This document shows, one piece after another, positions 21,684-33,103 of a stretch of 33,337 nucleotides of DNA. Both the position numbers and the translations under genes were made by a program. Origin of the DNA: Octopus bimaculoides (Eukaryota); contig NC_068985.1 of NCBI RefSeq assembly GCF_001194135.2, positions 32,568,810 through 32,602,146 of the forward strand. Direction: 5' to 3'. Within the stretch, counting starts at the first letter, position 1; the number at the start of each line of letters is the position of its first letter. The notes beneath the pieces are model-generated. The model saw only the letters and a program-made list of their open reading frames with translations, was not told the DNA's origin and made no database searches.

Positions 21684-22960
21684 GTAGTAAACACTTTCTT
21701 CCTTCATTTTGTATTTTCCTTTGCATTTTCTGATCATGTGAAAATATCAATGCTTTATTTTTTCATTCATACTGTTATTGAAAAGTAGAGTAGCAAGAGC
21801 TAAATTACACAGTGAACATGAGCTTACTCTACCATGCTTATTAAGGATGAGCCTAAGGTATGACATTCTGTTTCTCTTTCCTATTCTTGGAAAAATAAAT
21901 GTAGCCTAGAAATGTTAAAACAATGAAGGCAACTCCTACATGTACAATTCTTCTATCAATAATTTCTACAATAAAGACATCTCACTTGTTTCATTTTGTT
22001 TGTAAAAGTTAAGCTAGTGTAAACAAAGTTAGACTGAATGAAGAATTTCTTATACTGCTATCTGAAATATATATATATCTGATTGTTTGTGCTTATTTCA
22101 TGGGCTTGGGAGTTTTATATTATTGATGCAACTCTTCATAATAAAAGCAATTCTTTCACAGAGAAATCGAGTAAAAGAACTTTAGCAATGATGTGTGGTT
22201 GTATGAAATGCGGTTTAAAGTCTGATAAGATCTAAATCAGGAAAAATTGTCCCTTAAATAGCTGAATAGAGACACTTAGCTAGTCTATTACATAAGGGAC
22301 AAACAGTCCATGTAAAGCTAAATAGACTTGACTGTCATGTGATGAACCAAAAATAGGTAGCTAAAAGTAAAAAGCCACTATGTGGGTAACTAAGGGCAAG
22401 AGTTATCATGCTTCTGCTATAGAACTTCCATGGTATAAGTGCCGCAAAAAACTCAGTTGACTCAACTGTTGATAGAATGAGAATCCAGTTATAATAACTC
22501 TGGTTAAAATCTTAATCAAAACCATGTACTACTTGGAAACATGCTAGATGTGTCAAGAATCAGGGCAGAATCCGAGACATATGGAGGGATGCTCTACTGC
22601 AAATCCTCCAACATTTGCCTACATGAAAAAGCATATGTACAATGAATTCTGACAATAGGTTATAAAATTATGTTTAAAACTCAAATTTATAATTTATTCT
22701 TCACTCGTTAAATCACTAGTGTTTCATGCATGGCATTTTCAGTCTACCTTAGAAATATCACCAAATGCTACAATTATAACACATATGACATAAATTCAAT
22801 GTTGATATGTTAAGTTGCTTGTGAGATTTATAGAGGAAATGGGGAGGTTGTAAAATTGTTTTCTCACTGGTGTTCACAGCACAAATGACGTATATGTCTC
22901 TAACTTGGAACCAAAACTAGGTTGTTATGAACTTATTTGCTTGTTAGACTTATAGATTCA

Positions 22961-23280
22961 TCATCATCGTTTAACGTCCGCTTTCCATGCTAGTATGGGT
23001 TGGACGATTTGACTGAGGACTGGCAAGCCAGAAGGCTGCACCAGGCTCCAATCTGATCTGGCAGAGTTTCTACGGCTGGATGCCCTTCCTAACGCCAACC
23101 ACTCCAAGAGTGTAGTGGGTGCTTTAACGTGCCACCAGCACGAGGGCCAGTCACACGGTACTGGCAACGGCCTTGCTCAAAAGGTGTTTTTTACGTGCCA
23201 CCTGCACGGGAGTCAGTCCAGCGGCACTGGCAACAACCTTGCTCGAATGATTTTCTAACGTGACACCAGCACAAGTGCTA
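22961..23280 (-). mobile_element. RTE 3'UTR/tail copy
   Basis: tcatcatcatcgtttaacgtccgctttccatgc...; aligns with 8234-8530. Confidence 0.88.
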
Positions 23281-23459
23281 GAAGGCAACTGACAGAGATA
23301 CTAGACTGAGATCAAGTTGCACTGGAGTGTTTCATCTCTCAAAAGACAGTTAGTGGCAATAAGATACCAGCATCAATTATATTGATAATATTGCAACTTT
23401 ACAAAAAATATCCTTCTCTTGAGCTTTAAAATCTTAATATTATTCTTTTAGTAACTTCA

Positions 23460-23603
23460 GTCAATGAACTACAGCCATGCTTCATAACATGAAAGGTTTA
23501 GTTGATATATCAATGCCAGTACTTATTTTCAAGCCTTGTACTTGTTTTATGGATGTCTACTTCTCGAGCCACATTACAGGATATGAGCAAACATGGACAC
23601 TAC
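23460..23603. mobile_element. Old SINE-like remnant interrupted by the Penelope-like insertion
   Basis: cagccatgct...gtttagttga...ccagtacttatttt...gtacttgttttat resembles cephalopod SINE body sequence (from memory). Confidence 0.35.
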
Positions 23604-23681
23604 AGTTCTATATTTAAGAGATGAGCAATTATGTACTTTATTTACATTTGACGGAAATTTGTCCTCATCTTGTTTGTTGTT

Positions 23682-23727
23682 AACACAACATTTCCGCTGA
23701 TATACCCTCCAGCCTTCATCAGGTATC
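23682..23727 (-). ncRNA. Minimal type-I hammerhead ribozyme motif (PLE type, probably impaired)
   Basis: gatac-CTGATGA-a-ggctg-gagggtatat-cagcg-GAAA-tgtt-gtgtt: conserved core, 4-bp stem II, stem I gatac/gtgtt. Confidence 0.78.
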
Positions 23728-24451
23728 TTGGGGAAATTTCAAACCCGGATTCTCATTCCTAAGGTATTTTTCAATATTGTTGTTGTTGTTGTTATTCAGG
23801 TCACTATCCTTCTTTAATACCGGTTCCCATATGCTATTCATATCTGCACTCGGTCTACTTAGGAGGTTATTGTGTCCTAGCATATGTGCTGCTTCTTTTA
23901 GTTTTCGTATTTTCCAGTGGTGTTCTCTGTCTATTATTCTAACTTCGTCCCACAGGGGGAGGTGGTCTCCATATTTCCGTGCATGATCAGCTATACCCAA
24001 TTTATCAATATNNNNNNNNNNNNNNNNNNNNNNNNNNNNNNNNNNNNNNNNNNNNNNNNNNNNNNNNNNNNNNNNNNNNNNNNNNNNNNNNNNNNNNNNN
24101 NNNNNNNNNNNNNNNNNNNNNNNNNNNNNNNNNNNNNNNNNNNNNNNNNNNNNNNNNNNNNNNNNNNNNNNNNNNNNNNNNNNNNNNNNNNNNNNNNNNN
24201 NNNNNNNNNNNNNNNNNNNNNNNNNNNNNNNNNNNNNNNNNNNNNNNNNNNNNNNNNNNNNNNNNNNNNNNNNNNGACAGAGAACACCACTGGAAAATAC
24301 GAAAACTAAAAGAAGCAGCACATATACTAAAACACAACAACCTCCTAAGCAGACCAAGTGCAGATATGAATAGCATATGGGAACCGGTATTAAGGAAGGG
24401 TAGGAGAATATTAGATTTATAAGCCCTAAAATTCACTCCATAATTGCCCAC

Positions 24452-24524
24452 GGGCATATGGCGTAGTGGTTAAGAGCGCGGGCTACTAATCCCAAGATTC
24501 CGAGTTTGATTCCAGGCAGTGATC
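24452..24524 (+). other. tRNA-like Pol III head (A and B boxes) inside the Penelope-like arm; not a functional tRNA
   Basis: A box TGGCGTAGTGG 24459-24469, B-box-like GAGTTTGATTCC 24502-24513; anticodon and acceptor stems poorly paired; followed by (AAT)n/(AAC)n. Confidence 0.7.
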
Positions 24525-24601
24525 TGAATAATAATAATAATAACAACAACAATATTGAAAAATACCTTAGGAATGAGAATCCATTTTTGAAATTTTCCCA
24601 A

Positions 24602-24647
24602 GACACCTGATGAAGGCTGGAAGGTATATCAGCGGAAATGTTGTGTT
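24602..24647 (+). ncRNA. Minimal type-I hammerhead ribozyme motif (PLE type, probably impaired)
   Basis: gacac-CTGATGA(24607-24613)-a-ggctg...cagcg-GAAA(24635-24638)-tgtt-gtgtt; stem I gacac/gtgtt; GUU cleavage triplet at 24640-24642. Confidence 0.8.
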
Positions 24648-24904
24648 AACAACAAACAAGATGAGGACAAATATCCGTCAAATGTAAATAATGTAAATAA
24701 CAAACATGGACACTACCACATATATACAAATATATACACACACTTACAATGAGCTTCCATACAGGTTTCACCTTCCAAATTTTAATCTCAGAGCATTAAC
24801 TAGGGTAGCGTGCCAGTATAACTACAGTCTATTGGTTGGTACCAGCAAAATAATTAGGCATCAGTTTAGATTTGCTGATCTAACTTAATGTTTAGTAAAC
24901 TGCA

Positions 24905-25240
24905 TCATCATTATCATTTAACATCTATTTTCCATGCTGGCATGGGTTGGATGGTTTGATTGAAAACTGGTAAGCCAGGGAGCTGCACTAGGTTCCAATC
25001 TGATTTGGCAAGGTTTCTATGGCTGGATGCTCTTCCTAATGCCAACCACTCCAAGAGTGTAGTGGTACTTTTTACATGCGACTGGCATGGGTGCTATTGA
25101 TGTGACATTGGCATTGGCCATGACTACAGTCTCGCTTGGCTTGACAGATCTTCACAAGTATGGTATATCACCAAAGGTCTTGGTCACCTGTCACTATCTT
25201 TGTGAGGCCCAATGCTTGAATGGTGCTTTTTATGTGCCAC
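24905..25240 (-). mobile_element. Older RTE 3' end copy
   Basis: Tail plus shortened 3'UTR plus ORF-end remnant ccaaaggtcttggtcac. Confidence 0.75.
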
Positions 25241-25620
25241 AAAATATATATTTGAATAAAAGCTCAAGGGCATTTTACTGTTTGAAACTATATTGATTTA
25301 GAATAGATGAATATAGACAGTACACGCTTCAATTTTTTCATTTTAACTCTTTAATGAATACAGCATTTTAGTAAGTGTAGAGCCTCTCTTTTCATAATAA
25401 TGGCATGTTGTTTTCTTCCTGAAACCCTCTTATGGAAGTAGTATGTTTGCATATATTATAAACCAATTTGTGAAACCTTCAAATACACATACTGAAACTT
25501 GATTCCACAGTGTAAAATATAAATGTCTTGATCTTGCAGTATTTCATACATAAAACCCATATATTCTAAGGTTGTCTATGTCATCCACTTAACTTAATTT
25601 CATCTTGTATCTTTTTTGCT

Positions 25621-25793
25621 ATCATCATCATCATCATCATCATCGTTTAACGTCCGCTTTCCATGCTAGCATGGGTTGGACGATTTGACTGAGGACTGGT
25701 GAAACCGGATGGCAACACCAGGCTCCAATCTAATTTGGCAGAGTTTCTACAGCTGGATGCCCTTCCTAACGCCAACCACTCAGAGAGTGTAGG
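25621..25793 (-). mobile_element. Young short RTE tail copy
   Basis: Nearly identical to 8234-8400; possible 7-bp TSD tttttgc. Confidence 0.9.
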
Positions 25794-26541
25794 GATTTTT
25801 GCACTCACTCATCAAGCATCTTTTTATTTCGCTATACTTTCACACTAATGTAGTTTTCCCTCATCAACCCAATGGTGTTTATCTAAGCATTTCTTAACTT
25901 TCATGCATTCAATAAAATTGTCAAGTTTGATGCAGTGCATTTAACAGATCATCTTTAATTCATCCTTCTCTAATTGTTGTAAGTTTTCTATGTAGATTCT
26001 ATATGGGATGCATTATGCATTGGGAAATATATTCAACTAATTTATTTTTTTAATGAAAACAGAATTTGTATACTGCTAGCAGTGATATCAGTTCTCAAAA
26101 GTTTTCTATCCACTTTACATTCTAGAGATTATGCTAGCACTAACTCCATTTACTGTACCAATTGTCTCCTGTGTCTCCAAAATTATTAGTCATAAAGTTT
26201 AACTCTAGCTGGTTTTCTTGATAAGGCCTACATTATTTGAGTGCTTATTCTATCTTAAGTTGCTGTTTATTTTGTCTCTGCAGTTGAAATTTTTATTTTA
26301 ACCAAACGCTATTGAATTTGGCAGCTTCTAATTTGTCATACACATTTTTATTCAAATCTTTTTATTCTAGCCTGTTCTTTCAAATTTCAACTTTTTAACT
26401 GACTCTGCAACACTTGGATTGATTGGGGTTTTTTTTTTCTTGTTTTTTTTTTTTTTCTTTCTGTTAACTATAATGACTATTCCCTTTGCTGGATTGGAGT
26501 TTTACACTATTTTTATCACTTTTTAAAATTTTCTGTTGTAG

Positions 26542-26636
26542 GTTGTATTCTTGCCTGGCGAATGGCAGTTCTGATGAATTCCAAAAGGGAGAACACTTGT
26601 ATAAAATGAAAGCTGTGAAAGAAGCATTGCAAATTG
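26542..26636 (+). CDS. ZSWIM8: ZSWIM8 coding exon 3
   Basis: ttgtag|G; LYSCLANGSSDEFQKGEHLYKMKAVKEALQI(G); donor G|gtgtgt; 95 nt, phases 2 to 1. Confidence 0.95.
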
Positions 26637-27072
26637 GTGTGTATTAAGCTTTTCTTTTACTATGATTTTATTACTTTTCAATTGTTAATTAAATTTATTT
26701 GATTCTGTCAAAAAATCTGTTTTCAGTCAAACTTTTGCCAGTCATTACTTCCTAGTACTGAAACTTTCTGACATTCTTTGGCTGCTTAAATTTTCTTTTT
26801 GATGTTAATCTATAGATATTCATAACAAACATAAGTCACATCAGCTTCACTAACTAGAAGGGGAGGGGAGGTAATCTTTAACACCCCAAAAAAAGAAAAT
26901 TATAATGCTTATTATACTTAATTTCTTTATGGTTTTGTGTTCTTTGAGTTATTCTCTGATAAACTATCCATATTTTTTGTATTTGTCAAACTTTTGTACC
27001 TGATATGACCTATTTAATGTCATCAGTTATCTGCTTTTTATACTAGTTTTTATTTCATTCATATTATTTCAG

Positions 27073-27245
27073 GTTTTCATCTCAGTGCAACTGTAGATCC
27101 CTCCCAAAGCTCAACTCAGGGTAAAGGCTCGTACAATGTCGCAGTTGTATTTGACAGAAGACGAATCACTTCTTGTATGTGTACTTGTGGAAGCACAGCA
27201 TGGTGCTCTCATGTAGTAGCTTTATGTTTATATAGGATTCATCAG
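27073..27245 (+). CDS. ZSWIM8: ZSWIM8 coding exon 4 (SWIM zinc finger)
   Basis: tttcag|GT; FHLSATV...YNVAVVFDRRRITSCMCTCGSTAWCSHVVALCLYRIHQ; donor CAG|gtaaa; 173 nt, phases 1 to 0. Confidence 0.96.
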
Positions 27246-27789
27246 GTAAAGAGATAGTCTAAGTCATTCACCTTATTTACTAGTTACAGTTATTCTGTCT
27301 TTTGAACAGGTGGTGATGGTGTATTCTCATTTTAATTACCATTTTTTATCCTGGCATAAGTAGATTATACCTATAATACTTTGTTTTCTATGTATCACTA
27401 TTCATTCTCAACTTATCTGCAATACTTGCACTTCTCAGTTCTAATCTGCTTCCTCTGAGTTTTCTTTAGTCAAATTTTACTCTGCTTTTCACTACCATTT
27501 CACTATACTTCATTTATATTTATTACCTATACTTCATTTATCTTCATTACCCATATACCTTTCTCTCTTGCATTACATTTATTTATTTATCAACTCCTTG
27601 TGCTTGACCTATCCCTTAAAGTTCCCAATGCATGGCCACCAACTCATTCATCTTTAGACATTCAGTTCTACTACATTTATTTTGTACAATTTATATATCT
27701 AACACATCTTTTGTGGTGACATTTGATCCTCTGATCAAACCAAAGAAACCATACTTCCATTACTTTTTTAAATTGTTGATGTTGTCTGT

Positions 27790-28020
27790 CTTTCACAGCT
27801 ACTGACAGAAGTGTCACCATTTTACAGTGACAAGGCAGGATTTGAATCCAGTACTAGAACAGATTCCACAAGTTATCTCATCCAATGCTAACAATTCTGC
27901 CAGTCCACTGTCTTTATTGGTACTTTTCTATTGATCCCTGAAAGGATGAAAGGTGGAATTGATCTCAGTGGGATTTGAACACAATGTAGGGAGTCCAAAC
28001 AAATACCACTGGTTATTCTA
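27790..28020 (-). mobile_element. Degenerate SINE remnants
   Basis: B-box-like ggatttgaatcc, tgctaacaattctgccag, and the body motif ggtactt...gatccctgaaaggatgaaagg shared with 29200-29342. Confidence 0.5.
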
Positions 28021-29199
28021 ACAACTTTATCATATAGTCTACCTTTTTGAACAGATAGAACTTTTTATTGCCAGCCATACATTTTTGCAGCTTGTTGATG
28101 GTTTCTGCTATTTAATATCACCTTGGCTATTTCACACCTTTTAATTCAAGCCAACTTTTCCAAATTGCAAATTTGTTCTATAGCTGTTGAATTAATTTTT
28201 CACTAAAAATTGTCATCGTTATAAAAAAAGTTCATCAAATCATCCATCCTGAATATCTTTCCAATGATCTCAAGGTCAAGGCTTTGTTTTTTAGCTTCTA
28301 TGTATTTCCTCAACAGGTCTCACAATCTATTCTGATTCCTACTTTATCTTTGTTGTTAACTTCATTTTTAGTTCTCTTGTCTTCTTTACACTCTCATTTA
28401 TGCCTCTCACTTTTACTCTTTGTTAGTGAGGGCAGATTGTCAGTATCACATAAGACACACTTCCTCCAATGGCATACTCTCAGCCTTAATAATATTCCAT
28501 GCCTTTATTTGCAATCTCTTCTTTGCTTCTCTTCCAGTTAAGCTTAATGTTTAACTTTTACAAAAAACAAAAGCTTACTCGATATCTTCTTTATTTAACT
28601 CCTGAATTTGTCTTTTATCATTTACTGTTTTATCTTGTACTCTATTCCTCTACATTTTATCTACTATTTGACATTGTTCACTTAAATATGTGATGTACAA
28701 TGAAATCAAACTCTAACAAATGCCTAGCTTTCCTCTACTCCTGTAGTTCCTAAATAGTTCACCACAGCACATTTGTGTGTCATAAGTATGTCCAGACATT
28801 GAAAATGTCCTCTCTCCATGACACATATCATCAAGTTCATGTTTCTCACTGATAGGTATGCTTCATTTAGCCCATAAAGAAATTTGTACTTAATAGTAGT
28901 TCTGTAGTTTGGGATGAAATATATACATATCTTTTAAATTCCTTCGTTTTTTTTTACTTTATTGCACCAAGTGCACAAAAGTATTTTTACTTGCTCAAAA
29001 GTGTACTGTAAAAGGAAGTAAAGGAACAGTAGTTCTGTATGATATAATTCTTTGTATCACTTTTCATACAAACATTTATTTATGCCATATGAAAACTTGA
29101 CTTCGGTTAAGTATATATCATCTCCCAAAGTCTTCTGTTATCTGAGAGCCTATCAACTTGAACTTGCATGCACCTGTTCTATAATTCTTTCTACTATAG

Positions 29200-29342
29200 G
29201 CACAAGCCCTGAAATTTGGGGGCAGTGGTTAAGTTGATTACATCAACCCTAGTACTCAAGTGGTACTTAATTTATCAACCCTGAAAAGATGAAAGGCAAA
29301 GTCTACCCAGCATGCTAACGATTCTGCCAGCTCGCCGCCTTG
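29200..29342 (-). mobile_element. Internally deleted tRNA-derived SINE
   Basis: Minus strand head ggcggcgagctggcagaatcgttagcatg (A box) fused to the body motif gactttgcctttcatcttttcaggg. Confidence 0.6.
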
Positions 29343-29586
29343 CACCTGTTCTCTAATGATGCACATTATGTGTCCATAGACAGGTTTTATATCTATACCA
29401 TTTACAGATCTTTTTGATTTGTCTCTCTGTATCCTGTGAACAAAAGTATTTATATCTTACTAACTAAAACATTGACTTTCCTTGACAAAAGCAATTAAAG
29501 TATTTCTTTAAATTTAAAGCTTAAATTATCTCATTGTTAACTGGATTAGGGTGTTGTAAAGGAGATTTTCCACATCTTTTTTCCAG

Positions 29587-29694
29587 TCTCATTCAGTTTG
29601 TTTGCGGGCTCCTGTGTCTGAATCACTTTCAAGATTACGTAGGGACCAATTGCAGAAATTTGCTCAGTATTTGATTAGCGAGCTGCCACAGCAG
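29587..29694 (+). CDS. ZSWIM8: ZSWIM8 coding exon 5 (gene continues beyond window)
   Basis: ttccag|; SHSVCLRAPVSESLSRLRRDQLQKFAQYLISELPQQ; donor CAG|gtaat; 108 nt, phases 0 to 0. The expected next exon (ILPTAQ-like) was not found before 33337. Confidence 0.96.
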
Positions 29695-29920
29695 GTAATT
29701 TTTATATCTATATGTACATTTTTCAAGTATACTCTGAAAAAAATTATCATTCAGAATTGAGTTGTTAAGTCATTGTTTATTTCTCAATTATCATTGAATT
29801 ATCTAATCACAACTGTTTTGTTTCCGTTGTGTCTGAGTGTTGCAACTTTTTTTTATATTTATCTGGAGTTAAATAGTTTTTTGTTTTTTTTCAATGCTTT
29901 TTGAAACTGAACCAAATTCA

Positions 29921-30350
29921 ATGACTGGCACCCGTGCCAGTGGAGTGCTAGCAGCACCATCTGAGCGGGATCACTGCCAGAGCAGCGCTCTTGCTTCCGT
30001 GCCGGTGGCACGTAAAAAGCACCATTTTGAGTGCAACCGTTTCCCGCTTCGCCTTACTGGCACTTGTGAACAAAACATTGGACTGACTCCTGTGCAGGTG
30101 GCACGTAAAGAAACACCATTTGAGCATGGCAATTGCCAGTACCGCCGGACTGGCCCTTGTGCCGGTGGCACGTAAAAAGCACCCATTACACTCTCAGAGT
30201 GGTTGGCGTTAGGAAGGGCATCCAGCTGTTGAAACTCTGCCAGATCAGATTGGTGTCTGGTGTAGCCATCTGGTTCGCCAGTCGCCAGTCAAATTGTCCA
30301 ACCCTTGCTAGCATGGAAAGCGGACGTTAAATGATGATGATGATGATGAT
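29921..30350 (+). mobile_element. RTE 3'UTR/tail copy, sense orientation
   Basis: Hairpin units, gagtggttggcgttaggaagggcatccagc, ...gcatggaaagcggacgttaaatgatgatgatgatgatgat. Confidence 0.9.
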
Positions 30351-30917
30351 TTCTTTTGTTTTATTGCATTTTTCTGCATCGTTCTTGACAAGTTAAAATT
30401 AAGACAGTATGCAATTTAGACCAGTTTCTGTAAATTTATATATGCTAGTAAGAAACTTGATGAAATTTTTTTAAGTATCTTTTTAAAAAAAATGAAAGAG
30501 AAAAATGTTTCAGAATTTTATAAAATGTCTTCCATTGTTTCTCTACCATAAATTTACATGTCTATATAGTTTTATACTTCTTGCCTAAGTAGGTGGGGAT
30601 GTTAATCCTACTTTTTTATCTGAACCCCCTCAAAAGTTGTGGTTGGGTTCAAATATCACCTCAGAACCAAAATTTCTGCAAATTGAATGCAATAACCCCA
30701 CTGTTCATATCCCTTGAAGGTTGATAACCCCACAAAATGACAAAAAATCACATTTTAGTATATATAATGCATAATTTTGAATGAAACTACATAAAAACTA
30801 TAACTTTAATTTACTCATAAGTATATTGACAGTCATTTCATATGTTTGCGAGGTCTAGATGTTCAAATCTTGTTTAAAATGTGTTACAGAATGTTATAAA
30901 CCAAATGCTGAATTTGT

Positions 30918-32765
30918 ATGCTCCACCAGCCATCTTCACTTTTCAAAAAGCCCAGTGTAGACCATATGTCTCAGAAACAAGCAGAAGAGGCTTTGATAAT
31001 AGTGGGTAATAAACTGTTCGGTAGAATTTGGAAGGCACATGATCAGGCAGATGTTATGGATCTAGACACTTTACCTGCACTCCGTAACATTTGGGAGGCT
31101 GGTAAAAGTATTGAACTCCTGGCATTGGATGAAATCGTAAAAGAGATGATCTCTTCAGATAAAAAGTTAGTCATTACTTATTCTAGTGATGGATCTAAAA
31201 AGCAGGGAGCTAGATCTTTCTCTGTCCTGGGGTTGACTATTAATGGTCATTACAGACCTCTGCCAATTCTGCTTATGGCATCAGAAGCAAAAAATAACCT
31301 GGCTGACTTGAAAGTGACTGTACTTTTGCTACTAGAAGCAGCAAGTAATATCCTAGTTGAAACACTATTTGAAAAAATTGATTTTGTTATCTCAGATCAA
31401 ACATCACACAATGTTGGAGTTGAAGAAATCGTAGCAGGAAATCTCAGCACAGAACACATACCTGAACATCTGTTTTGCAATGTACACCTTTCAGTTATGT
31501 TCACTTTAATAACTAAACTGTGGAGTGACATTGAGAACACAACTGGACGAGACAAAATTTATTCGAGTTTTCTTGTGAATGCAACATCAAGCTCATCCAG
31601 TGCCACTGAACAGGCTCTTGATTGCATAACAAGATTAATAAATTATCATTTTGATCACAAGTCCTGGAACAAAGCTAGTGAATTCAACATGCACATTCAA
31701 CCACAGGTTAATAAATTTGTTGCCCTGAAGAATGAACACTTTAACCGTCTCATGTGCAATGACTTTGTACCACCTGGATTATGTGGCATCGCATTTGACG
31801 AAATATGAGCATGTTACAAACCAACTGGCTTGTATTGTATGATGTTTCATAGATCTGGAGTTCCTCAAAGTCTTTTATTGCACAGGAGCACTGATTGGAC
31901 TGCACCTTGTTGAACCATTCCTTTCACTCACCACTTCAACAAGCACAACCTACTCAAAGCTTGTACCTGCTTTCAAACAACTTTATGATGACCTTTCCAC
32001 AGTAGATCCAAACCAACTGCTAAATGTACATAATCCTGCTCTGTTTCATATCTTCAGGCAGATTCCAGGAAACCAGATATAATGAAGATATATGCTGTGC
32101 TGTTGAAGATATTTCAACCAAGTTGAAGCCAAAGGTTTTTAAAAGTACTGTCAAGGTTTCTTCCAAAGTTAGCAGATGGTTTCCAGAACCAGAAGGATGT
32201 TCTGTTTGGTTTTGGAAACATCATCAGTCTCCCCATGCTCTGGCAAACATGGACTTAGCTAAACTAGAGAGAGATCCCATTCACAATCTTGACTCAGAAT
32301 GCAGTGTGGGATTTATCAACTACAAGTTAAGTTGTCAAGGTGCTAAGCAACTCAAATTAGCATCTTCTTCCCAAGTTAAATCCAAGTCAGCTGATCTAAT
32401 TGAACATCAAAAGTCTGGGGCATTCAGGCAATATACCAAACTCACCAAACCTGGCAGGTGGATGGGGAGTGTCTGACATCATTAAAGATTGGAATAACTG
32501 CCAGCGGTAGGTAATGGTGGAGAGACTGGAGAAGAAGAAAATTGCCAACATTGCAGTGGATAGACAACAAACAACCAACTCAGATATTTTGAAAAATCAT
32601 GGTGGACTGTTTACTAACAGCACTGAGGTAGATGCCTATCTCATGGCAGATATACCAAATAAAGAAAAGGTCGATAGGCTGTATTTAGAAATCAGATATG
32701 TCAGAGACACTGCCCTTTCTGTGCCAAAAACCAGTGATATTTTTCATCTTAAACAAAATTATTAA
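30918..32765 (+). pseudogene. Frameshifted DDE-type transposase with CxxH motif, superfamily unassigned
   Basis: TYSSDGS (D 31188-31190), DFVISDQ (D 31395-31397), FCNVH (31476-31487), HNLDSE (E 32297-32299). Continuous protein-like sequence across about three frameshifts and internal stops. Confidence 0.7.
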
Positions 32766-32854
32766 AAACTGTCAGTATGCAATAAATGTGAAAATTAACT
32801 TGGATAATGTGATTTGCAAGACAGACATAAGCATTATTTATTTCAATCATGCAT

Positions 32855-33103
32855 TGGATGACTTGGTGTGAGGTTCTGAAGCCATAATGGTTGTAAAAGT
32901 ATTATTGTATCATGTGGCAGATACTGGTGGCATGTAAAATTGCCCATTACACTCTCGGAGTGATTGACGTTAGGAAGGGCATCCAGCCATAGAAACCATG
33001 CCAAATTAGACTCGAGTCTGGTGCAGCCTTCCAGCTTGCCAGCCCTGGTCAAACCGTCCAACCCATGCCAGCATAGACAACGGACATTAAATGATGATGA
33101 TGA
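32855..33103 (+). mobile_element. RTE tail copy downstream of the transposase
   Basis: cggagtgattgacgttaggaagggcatccagcc...ccaacccatgccagcatagacaacggacattaaatgatgatgatga. Confidence 0.85.

Larger units (their letters stand above)
23604..24700. mobile_element. Penelope-like element 3' ends in inverted (head-to-head) arrangement, flanked by a 16-bp direct repeat
   Basis: Arm 23604-24011 (minus) and arm 24276-24700 (plus) both encode a GIY-YIG C-terminus (GIADHA...LWDEVRIIDREHHWKIRKLKEAAH) followed by a hammerhead. caaacatggacactac occurs at 23588-23603 and 24701-24716. Gap at 24012-24275. Confidence 0.85.

Noticed and set aside
24452-24524. tRNA gene
   Set aside because: Acceptor and anticodon stems do not pair properly, there is no oligo-T terminator, and it is embedded in a Penelope-like repeat; treated as a tRNA-derived head.
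28747-28855. Possible 109-nt poison exon in ZSWIM8 intron 4 (ctcctgtag| ... TAG|gtatgc)
   Set aside because: Splice-like sites alone are frequent in long AT-rich introns; no other support without RNA-seq.
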